Below, piece after piece: positions 36,153-43,378 of a DNA stretch of 43,378 nt (the first letter of the stretch is position 1; each line of letters starts with the position of its first letter). Where the stretch lies: UHGV virus genome UHGV-0125767; one strand, given 5' to 3'. Origin of the DNA: a virus. A model generated the notes under the pieces. That model had not been told where the DNA came from and did no database searches. It saw only the letters and a program-made list of their open reading frames with translations. A program made the position numbers and the translations under genes.

Positions 36153-39100
36153 TTAAAATAATCCGAAACTTGCGTCTTTTGAGTTGGAATCTTCAATGTA
36201 AGATTTAATAGCCGGTATATCTGACTCATTGCGAACAGTCACGTTAACGATAGGTTTGTTGTTCTCTTGCATGCTATGACGTACGTCTTTGCTCATATGA
36301 GCGTCGAAAGAGCCCCCTAAACCAGCCAATCCTTCTTCTAAAAAGTCTGGTTTTAAGTCTGCATTGAAGGCATCCATAACTTTTAATGCCGCTAATTTAC
36401 TTTCTCTTGCAGCTTTTCCTGCATATTCAGAGATACCCATACCTAATCCAGTCATACTATCATTACCTAGTTGTATGAACTTACGAGAAGGAGAATGACT
36501 ATCTAAAGCGCTTTTCGCAGCGTTCAATGCACCTTTTGCAGCGTTCCATGCAGCTGCTGCTAAATCTTTAGCTTTTTGAACGATACCTCTTATCATTCCA
36601 GCTATCATATCAACGCCTACTTGATAGAAATGACCAATAAAACTGCGTGCTCGATTTAATGCGTTTCTCATGCCATTTCCAACAGCGCCGACCACTCTGA
36701 AGAAACCACTAACTACTGCTTGTAAAAATCTACTCATTGCAGAAATGATGCTTGAAACCCATTGTGCACCACCAGAAATAATACGACTGAGCGCTTGCAT
36801 CATTTTTTGAGCAACTGTTGAAACTACACGTGAAAACCAACTTGCTACAGTATTCCAAATTCTAGTAACTGCACCTGAAATCGCAGACCAAATTTGGTTC
36901 CAACTTGTAATATTAGTACCAAGTATTCTGTTTAAAACGTTGAATATGAAGTTAGAAATCTGGTTCCAAATTGATACTAACGTATTCCAAATCGTAGTCA
37001 TTACATTAGAAATCGTAGTTTGTAAAGTTAGCCAAGCACCAGAAAAATCTCCGGTAAGGAGCTGTATTAATGCAGTAAACAAACCGAAAATCAATTGCGT
37101 AGCAGCTTGTAGTATTCCACCTATCGCAGTGAATACTACTGAAATCACAGTCCAAAGAGATTGGAAAGCAGTTACTAAACCATTGATAAGGCTGATGAAT
37201 AAGAAGCCGAGAACTTGGTTTGCAACTTGCCCTAACATTTGTAAGATAGGGATAATTGGTTGTAATGTTTGTTCGATAGACGCTCTGAACTGATTGAACC
37301 AGTTAATCACTGATTTTACAGCGTTCATTATCGTATCTTTAATTGTGTTCCAAGCTTCAATACAAGTTTTTCTGAAATTCTCATTTGTTTTCCACAACCA
37401 AACAATAATACCTATTAAAGCAACGATAACGCCTATGATAGCCAATACAGGCCATGAAATCGCACCTATAGCTACACCTAACGCTTGGAATGCACCACTT
37501 AACATAGGTAAGATACGCATAATTGTACTAATAGGGCTCATGAGAAGTCTAAATGCGATTTTCACTAGGTTCAACGCACTTCTAAGTATTTGAGTGTTTC
37601 TAGCAAAAGCTAACATTTTAGTCATAGCTTTGAATAGACTACTACTAAAGAATGTTTCTAATAATGTACCTACTGCGATGATTGGTGCTAGTAAAGCCCA
37701 CAACATACCACCGAGTATCATACCTATACCAACCATTCGAGCTATAGCTGGGTGTGTTTCAAACAACTTAGCTATGAAACCAGCTAATGCTGTTACTACT
37801 TTTAATATCACACTTGCTATTGGCGCCATTGCAGTGCCGAATGCAACCAAAACTCTTACGATATTACCGATTAGATCCATAATGACTGGACCATTCTCTT
37901 GTACATACTGAACAAACTTTTTAAATCCTTCAGATTTACCAACTTGTTCAGACCATTCTCTAAACTTAGCAGTCATTTTAACTAGCCAATCAAAGATATT
38001 AGAGCTGTTTTGAGCAAATGCTTTCATCAAGTTACCAATACCCATGAATACATTGCCAAATATTTGACCTATTTTAGGTAAATTAGTTTTAGTGTATTCA
38101 ATAAAAGATTTAATAGCATTTTGACCTGCTACACTGTTAGCCCAGTTTTGGAACTTTTTACCTAGATTATCTAATCCTTTAGCAGTCCATAAGAATAGTG
38201 GACCTAATTGAGTGAATACATTAATAAGTCCGTCACCAAAGCGTCCTGCAGCACTTAATAATGTGTTGAATGTCTTAACACCTGTTGTATTCATCATGTT
38301 AAAGAATTTGCTAGCAGTTTGACTGTTTTGAGCCCATTTTAAGACACTCTGTGACGCTTGTTCCATTCCTTTAGAGATACCTGCTAAGAATGGTTTCATA
38401 CGCCCTAAAGCTACGTTAACAGTGTCTAAAGCGTTAGATAACGTATTGAAGATTTGTGCTTGGTTTTGTCTGATAATACTTCCCCATGTTGATTGAACTT
38501 CTTCTAAAGAAGCCTCATAACGTTTAGTTTGTGCTGTTGCTTCTAACGTTCCATCACTCAACATCTTAATTGCACTTACTGCCATAGCACCAAATGCAAA
38601 CGCACCACCTGCAGCGATACCAAATGCACCAGCTACACCTAATGCACCACCAGCAACTACACCTAATGCGTTAGCTACTGCCATGATGGCGGGTACTAAA
38701 CCAGCTATAATAGGAATAAGACCTTGAAAACTAGCGATTAGCACACCTTTGATTTGTTGTCCAAACACAGTACCAAATGTACGAATACGAGTAGCTAATC
38801 TATCCATTTTGTCGCCGTATTCATCTAAAGACTGACTTAAAGCTCTAGTTAATACTTGAGCTCTTGTCATTCCCCTTGTATCAAAGTTAACTTTTACCGT
38901 TTTATCATGTAAGGTTGCCAACATAGCCTTAGCACCTAATACTGAACGTTTTAAGGGATTGTTATTCCCTTTTATGTCTACTTCTTTATCTCTTAATTGC
39001 TGTAATTTCTCTTTAACTACTGCAATTGCTCGTTTGATAGGGTTATTGTTACCGTCTATTTCAACGGTGTGTCCACGCCAACGTTGAGCCATTGCTTTTG

Positions 39101-39257
39101 CAGTGTTTAAGGCTCGTTTAAACTTACTGATATTCGCATCGACTTGTGTTTCGATTTCATCGGGTATTTCAGTTTTTGCCATACGTTGAGCTTTTCTGAT
39201 GTTCCGTTGGAAATCTGTAATGATCGCCGATATACGAGCCATAAAGTTTTTATTCAT
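36153..39257 (-). CDS. tape measure protein
   Basis: 1034 aa, long hydrophobic/Ala-Gly-rich central region, coiled-coil N-terminus, follows G/GT chaperone. Confidence 0.85.
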   Translation of the reverse strand: MNKNFMARISAIITDFQRNIRKAQRMAKTEIPDEIETQVDANISKFKRALNTAKAMAQRWRGHTVEIDGNNNPIKRAIAVVKEKLQQLRDKEVDIKGNNNPLKRSVLGAKAMLATLHDKTVKVNFDTRGMTRAQVLTRALSQSLDEYGDKMDRLATRIRTFGTVFGQQIKGVLIASFQGLIPIIAGLVPAIMAVANALGVVAGGALGVAGAFGIAAGGAFAFGAMAVSAIKMLSDGTLEATAQTKRYEASLEEVQSTWGSIIRQNQAQIFNTLSNALDTVNVALGRMKPFLAGISKGMEQASQSVLKWAQNSQTASKFFNMMNTTGVKTFNTLLSAAGRFGDGLINVFTQLGPLFLWTAKGLDNLGKKFQNWANSVAGQNAIKSFIEYTKTNLPKIGQIFGNVFMGIGNLMKAFAQNSSNIFDWLVKMTAKFREWSEQVGKSEGFKKFVQYVQENGPVIMDLIGNIVRVLVAFGTAMAPIASVILKVVTALAGFIAKLFETHPAIARMVGIGMILGGMLWALLAPIIAVGTLLETFFSSSLFKAMTKMLAFARNTQILRSALNLVKIAFRLLMSPISTIMRILPMLSGAFQALGVAIGAISWPVLAIIGVIVALIGIIVWLWKTNENFRKTCIEAWNTIKDTIMNAVKSVINWFNQFRASIEQTLQPIIPILQMLGQVANQVLGFLFISLINGLVTAFQSLWTVISVVFTAIGGILQAATQLIFGLFTALIQLLTGDFSGAWLTLQTTISNVMTTIWNTLVSIWNQISNFIFNVLNRILGTNITSWNQIWSAISGAVTRIWNTVASWFSRVVSTVAQKMMQALSRIISGGAQWVSSIISAMSRFLQAVVSGFFRVVGAVGNGMRNALNRARSFIGHFYQVGVDMIAGMIRGIVQKAKDLAAAAWNAAKGALNAAKSALDSHSPSRKFIQLGNDSMTGLGMGISEYAGKAARESKLAALKVMDAFNADLKPDFLEEGLAGLGGSFDAHMSKDVRHSMQENNKPIVNVTVRNESDIPAIKSYIEDSNSKDASFGLF

Positions 39258-39259
39258 GG

Positions 39260-40119
39260 CTAACCTCCTTTTTGACTAGTATTGCGTAATGAATTCATAA
39301 AGCGTCGTGTACCTTGTTTCTGAACATTTCTAATGCGTTTGTTATATGCTAACTTACGTTCTTTCATACGTTCGTATTCTTCTGACTGTCCACGTACTTC
39401 GTATCTTGCACGCTCTAACTGCTTCTGTAATCGTTTAAGTGATTTACCAGCTTGCACAAGACCGTTAGCTTGAGCACCAAACAATAAATTTTCTTGTTCA
39501 TCAAGTAACGCCAATCTACGACCTACAACCCAGTCTTTCCATTCATTAGGCGTCAAACTCATTAATTCATCATAAGGAAGATAGCCTATGTATTGACTGG
39601 TTATCTGCCGTATTTCTGAATAATCTAGTAAGGTAGCTCGCCCATGATTTCTTTGTAATTGTTCTTCATGAACTCGATACCGTTCTTCGTAGACTCTTTC
39701 TCTTCTTCTTTGACCATAGATGGAGCCGAGTTCATTTGTGTCCAGAATAGACGTGATTTCTGCTTGAAAAAACCACTATGATTTAAAACTTGCAATGCAC
39801 CTTGTAACAATTCGATAGAGTCTTGTTTTTCATCGATAATTTCCATTAGTGTTTGTTCGATATCTTCACGTTTAGGTGCATTTTTACCTAAATAAGCCGT
39901 TGCACATTCCCAAAAGTCTGCAATTGCGATTGGATCACGTTCTAAAATACCGTTATAAATAGCATTAAAACCAGATACTTTAGTAGTTTTACCATTTTCA
40001 TCTTGCTCGTCTTTAGCGAATTTCTTGGCCGCTTTATCAAATAAGAAAGTAGCTTTTGCTTCTACTTCTTCTCCGTTGATTTCTAATTCAGTAATAGGGT
40101 TGATTGTATTTTCAGTCAT
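39260..40119 (-). CDS. tail assembly chaperone G (39625..40119) and -1 frameshift product G-T (to 39260)
   Basis: 164-aa ORF G, then a -1 frame open from ~39775 to 39260; slippery U_UUU_UUC at 39766..39772 (minus strand); canonical position between major tail and TMP. Confidence 0.6.
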
Positions 40120-40179
40120 TCTTTAACCTCTTTCTGTTATTTTTACAAAAAAATAGAGGGCTTAATGCCCTCGTAAAAC

Positions 40180-40719
40180 TTATGCACCAGCACTAGGTGT
40201 ACGATTTTCATATGAGTCTGTATAAGCTCCCATATCTTCCCATTCAACTGTAGGAGCAGCAGCACTAGGGTTGAGCCATTCTGGTGGTAATGAATCAACA
40301 GAACCGTCAGCACTGTTAAATTTAACTTTTGCAGTGATTTCGATTTTGTCATCCTCATCATCAAATGACCATTCGTGCTCTTCTACAATTACATAAGCGA
40401 AAGTACCGTGATGTTTACCGTCACGTTTCTTAACTTCCCAAATCCATAAACGTAACTGCTTGAAGTTTTTAACTGACTCTTTTAAAGCTTCTTGACCTTT
40501 GTCGCCAGGTACACGGTCAACAGTTAACTTGATTTCTTCTTCTACAGAGTTACGACCATAGTCTTTTTTGCCACCTGTAATCATTTCAGCTAAATCATTA
40601 CTGATTGTGTGTCCACCCTCAGCTAAACTAGCTAACAGAATAGCATCTTCTTCTTTTAGCTTGCTCGCTAAATCTTTGTCAGCGATTTGTAACGCTGCAA
40701 TATATTTATTCTGCGCCAT
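40180..40719 (-). CDS. major tail protein
   Basis: 179 aa, position and size. Confidence 0.65.
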   Translation of the reverse strand: MAQNKYIAALQIADKDLASKLKEEDAILLASLAEGGHTISNDLAEMITGGKKDYGRNSVEEEIKLTVDRVPGDKGQEALKESVKNFKQLRLWIWEVKKRDGKHHGTFAYVIVEEHEWSFDDEDDKIEITAKVKFNSADGSVDSLPPEWLNPSAAAPTVEWEDMGAYTDSYENRTPSAGA

Positions 40720-41143
40720 TCGTTACACTCCTTTGTAAAGTATTGTGTCTGTATTTAAAAATAAGCCGAATGATACCGTGCTTCGTGTACTGATCAATGT
40801 CAGTTATCACTTCTTGTGTATCAATTCGACTTTTAATGAATGAGTAATGTTCGATTTCAAATTCAGTATTAAGTACATGGCCTAAAAACTGAATAATTTG
40901 CGCTGCTTCATCACGATTTCTCGCTTGACTATACACGTGTAAGGTTACGCCTACATCTTCAAACATACTCGTTGTCGTTTCTTTATTAGTGACGTTTGTT
41001 TCACCCACAACGATATATGGGTAAACAGCGTCTTTTTGAACGCAATCAAAAACCCTACCGCCTAGTTGTTTACTGACGATAGGGTTACTCTTTAATTTGT
41101 TATATATCTTGTTGAACAGATACCGTTCTACTGATACCCACAT
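40706..41143 (-). CDS. tail terminator / tail completion protein
   Basis: 145 aa, position. Confidence 0.4.
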   Translation of the reverse strand: MWVSVERYLFNKIYNKLKSNPIVSKQLGGRVFDCVQKDAVYPYIVVGETNVTNKETTTSMFEDVGVTLHVYSQARNRDEAAQIIQFLGHVLNTEFEIEHYSFIKSRIDTQEVITDIDQYTKHGIIRLIFKYRHNTLQRSVTNGAE

Positions 41144-41155
41144 ATCTTAACCACC

Positions 41156-41569
41156 TTATGAAAAATACTTATTGAAAAACGCTCTACCTTCATCAATTGC
41201 TGGTTCCCAAAAAGGTTGTGCATGTTGCCCTTTAGTTGTGTGCCAATGTCCGTCTGCGTCTTTGTAACGCCACGGGATATTCTTTGCACGACTACCACCC
41301 GGACCGACTGCGTATATCCCTGTACCGTAGTTGACGTAAACTGCGTACTCACTGCCGATATTAATAACGCCTGTTAATCCGCCCTTCTTAAAGTCCATAG
41401 AAACACTTTCTCTAAGATAACCGGTGTCAACAGGCATGTTACTAACTATTGAATTGTGAATAATAGTTGTTGTCTTGGCTATACCTTTTTTAGCCCATCT
41501 AATCGTTTCTTTTTCGAACTCCTCAAGCTCCTTAACTAAATCCCAATTTCCGTATTTAACCTTAGCCAA
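41156..41569 (-). CDS. HK97 gp10-family neck protein
   Basis: 137 aa; PVDTGYLRESVS matches DTGxLRxS gp10 motif. Confidence 0.55.
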   Translation of the reverse strand: MAKVKYGNWDLVKELEEFEKETIRWAKKGIAKTTTIIHNSIVSNMPVDTGYLRESVSMDFKKGGLTGVINIGSEYAVYVNYGTGIYAVGPGGSRAKNIPWRYKDADGHWHTTKGQHAQPFWEPAIDEGRAFFNKYFS

Positions 41570-41891
41570 TAGGACATTCTCTCAATCTTGTTAAGTTGAT
41601 TTCTTGTTGCCCGCCTTGGTCGACAGGTTCTCCTACTACTTCGTAAGTTTTACCGTTGTATTTAAATAAGTTTGTGTTAGTTATTGGCAGGCTGTACGGC
41701 GTATATAGGTTTCTGTCGTATGATTGGTTCATTTGATGAAACTTGAGTTGTTCAGATGAAGTAGGCGTATCCATAAATCCTTGTATTGTTTTTTCGCTCT
41801 TAAAGCGCTCTTGTTCACGTGGATACTCTCCTACAACCTCTCTTGAGCCTAATTCGATTGTATGAGGAAACTCATTTAATGGATTAAACAT
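41562..41891 (-). CDS. head closure / head-tail adaptor
   Basis: 109 aa, position. Confidence 0.45.
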   Translation of the reverse strand: MFNPLNEFPHTIELGSREVVGEYPREQERFKSEKTIQGFMDTPTSSEQLKFHQMNQSYDRNLYTPYSLPITNTNLFKYNGKTYEVVGEPVDQGGQQEINLTRLRECPIG

Positions 41892-42198
41892 GATAACCAG
41901 TCCAACGTAAGCGTCTAAATGGTTTAAGGTAACCGTATGTTTCCTTAGGTAGATCAGTAACGAAAGTGTAGCTCACAGTACCCATAGTACGCGAAGAAAT
42001 ATTGCTAGTCGTACCTTGTTTAATACAATTAGCGATGAATTTCTCTACATTACTAGGTAATGACTGTCTATCGAATGTTTGATTACAATATTCTTCAGCT
42101 ACATTCAGATACTTTTCGATAAGTAATTCGATTGTTTCGTCATTTGAAGTATCATCGAGTGAGAGATTGTTTAATAATTTAACGTCTTGTGCGTTCAT
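41884..42198 (-). CDS. head-tail connector (gp6-like)
   Basis: 104 aa, position. Confidence 0.45.
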   Translation of the reverse strand: MNAQDVKLLNNLSLDDTSNDETIELLIEKYLNVAEEYCNQTFDRQSLPSNVEKFIANCIKQGTTSNISSRTMGTVSYTFVTDLPKETYGYLKPFRRLRWTGYHV

Positions 42199-42488
42199 TA
42201 CTCAACACTTCCTAATGCTTCAATGAGTTCATCTTTTTTCATACTAGAAAAGCCCTCTATTTCACGTTCTTTAGCGAGTTCTCTTAATTCTGATACTTTC
42301 ATACCTTTTAAGTCTTTGTCGCTCTCTACACGCTCAATAAGGGGCTTGTTTTGACGGTTCTCTTTTGTGGATAGTTCAGTTAATCGTTCATTACTTACAT
42401 TTAAACCTTTACGAGGGAACGTATCTCCAACGTTATATTCGTAGTTGTTATCTTGTAAGTCTGTGAAGTATTCGATTACTTTATACAT
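42198..42488 (-). CDS. small protein with Rho-N-like domain
   Basis: 96 aa; C-terminal VSELRELAKEREIEGFSSMKKDELIEAL resembles the Rho termination factor N-terminal (SAP-like) motif. Confidence 0.4.
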   Translation of the reverse strand: MYKVIEYFTDLQDNNYEYNVGDTFPRKGLNVSNERLTELSTKENRQNKPLIERVESDKDLKGMKVSELRELAKEREIEGFSSMKKDELIEALGSVE

Positions 42489-42504
42489 ACGTCACTACCT
42501 CCTT

Positions 42505-43335
42505 TTATGCGCCTGAGTCTGTAGTTCCTGCGCCTTTAGTAACCTTAACTGCTTTAGATTCATCATATAAGTATGCTACATAATGTTTATCACTGTATAA
42601 AGCAGTTGTTTTAGTTGAAGGATCACGGTCAGTTTCTAAGAAGAAATCACGTTTAGTGATTAATTTAACTGCACCACGTTTAGCTAAAATAGCTTCGCCC
42701 TCATCTAATTTCTTAGAACGTACAATAACAGCTCCTAACGCTTCGCCAAACGCACCTTTAACGATAATGTTATCGCCTAATTCAGTAGCGCGAGTGAAGT
42801 TATCTGAAGCACTAGAACGTAATTTACCAGCGTCTTTAGGATTAATGAATAATACCATTGGTTCTAAATCTTCATCGTCAAATGTATCAATAGCAGCTTC
42901 TAAACCTGCTAATGTACCAATATCTCCACTAACTGTTAATTTCGTACCTCGTAAAGCTTCTAATACGTCGTTATCTACTTTGTTAGCAATAGCTAAACCA
43001 TGTTGACGTACTGCTTCACCTTGCGGATCACCATAACCAGATAATAAAGCTTCATCAGTAATATCAGTACCTTTACCGATTTTATGAATTTTAGCTTCAC
43101 GTCTGTTAGTTTCGATTTTGTCTACAGGGATTTTTTGCCCTTCAGGTACTACTGTAGCGTCACCACTGTAAACAAATGCAGGGAAAGTTAAAGTGTCGCC
43201 TGGTTGTCCTACTAATGTACTGTCAATGTCTGCAAATTGTGCAAATCTCAATTTCTTATCTAATTCTGCTTGCATCATAGGTTTTAATACTTCTGGAACG
43301 ATTTGTGTACTTTTAGTTGTTGTTCCTTGTGCCAT
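42505..43335 (-). CDS. major capsid protein
   Basis: 276 aa Gly/Ala/Thr-rich; preceded by AGAGGT SD; scaffold gene immediately upstream once the window ends are joined. Confidence 0.6.
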   Translation of the reverse strand: MAQGTTTKSTQIVPEVLKPMMQAELDKKLRFAQFADIDSTLVGQPGDTLTFPAFVYSGDATVVPEGQKIPVDKIETNRREAKIHKIGKGTDITDEALLSGYGDPQGEAVRQHGLAIANKVDNDVLEALRGTKLTVSGDIGTLAGLEAAIDTFDDEDLEPMVLFINPKDAGKLRSSASDNFTRATELGDNIIVKGAFGEALGAVIVRSKKLDEGEAILAKRGAVKLITKRDFFLETDRDPSTKTTALYSDKHYVAYLYDESKAVKVTKGAGTTDSGA

Positions 43336-43378
43336 ATGTTATTACCTCTTTTCTAATTGTTTATTAGAGTGTCGTAAG

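Noticed and set aside
36940-37911. Three consecutive plus-strand ORFs inside the tape measure gene
   Set aside because: Antisense to a 1034-aa ORF with clear TMP character; typical shadow ORFs of a long biased-composition gene
39260-39562. 100-aa ORF called as a separate gene
   Set aside because: It is the C-terminal -1 frame extension of the G chaperone (GT fusion), not an independently initiated gene. Its frame is open well upstream of its first Met up to the slippery site.
41128-41352. 74-aa minus-strand ORF overlapping the HK97 gp10-like gene in another frame
   Set aside because: Fully embedded in a better-supported gene on the same strand; no independent start signals
1-43378. tRNA, rRNA or ncRNA genes
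   Set aside because: No cloverleaf-like GC-rich segments or conserved tRNA boxes noticed in the intergenic regions by eye. A proper tRNAscan was not possible, so absence is not proven.

Overview
The window reads as a complete, circularly contiguous ~43.4 kb temperate siphovirus genome. It is low GC, and the gene content and order point to a Staphylococcus phage of the phi11/80alpha/phiSLT type; that host assignment is inference from protein motifs, not a database hit. Almost all genes are on the minus strand. Order on the minus strand: scaffold (wraps across the window junction), minor head, portal, TerL, TerS, a 534-bp AT-rich late-control region, a late-regulator candidate and RinB-like gene, dUTPase, a run of small early/accessory ORFs (two HNH endonucleases, a Dam methyltransferase, a PD-(D/E)XK-like protein, several acidic proteins), DnaB-like helicase, a replisome organizer with internal palindromic iterons, two small HTH genes, an HNH protein, SSB, an SSAP-like protein, antirepressor and Cro. 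Divergent from these on the plus strand are an XRE repressor, an ImmA-like protease, a lipoprotein and a large serine integrase whose N-terminus is broken by a 5-bp tandem duplication; a 12-bp perfect inverted repeat (candidate attP) follows it. Between attP and the lysis cassette (holin plus a CHAP/Amidase_3/SH3b endolysin) lies a small moron island. It holds a consensus sigmaA promoter driving two tiny hydrophobic peptides (37 and 31 aa) separated by a GC hairpin, then a small HTH protein. The tail module follows the lysis cassette: CHAP-glucosaminidase virion hydrolase, two membrane proteins, a 510-aa fibre, an 888-aa beta-helix receptor-binding protein, Tal with an SGNH esterase, Dit, tape measure, G/GT chaperone with a U_UUU_UUC slip site, major tail, neck proteins and major capsid. 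I found no rRNA, tRNA or CRISPR array.
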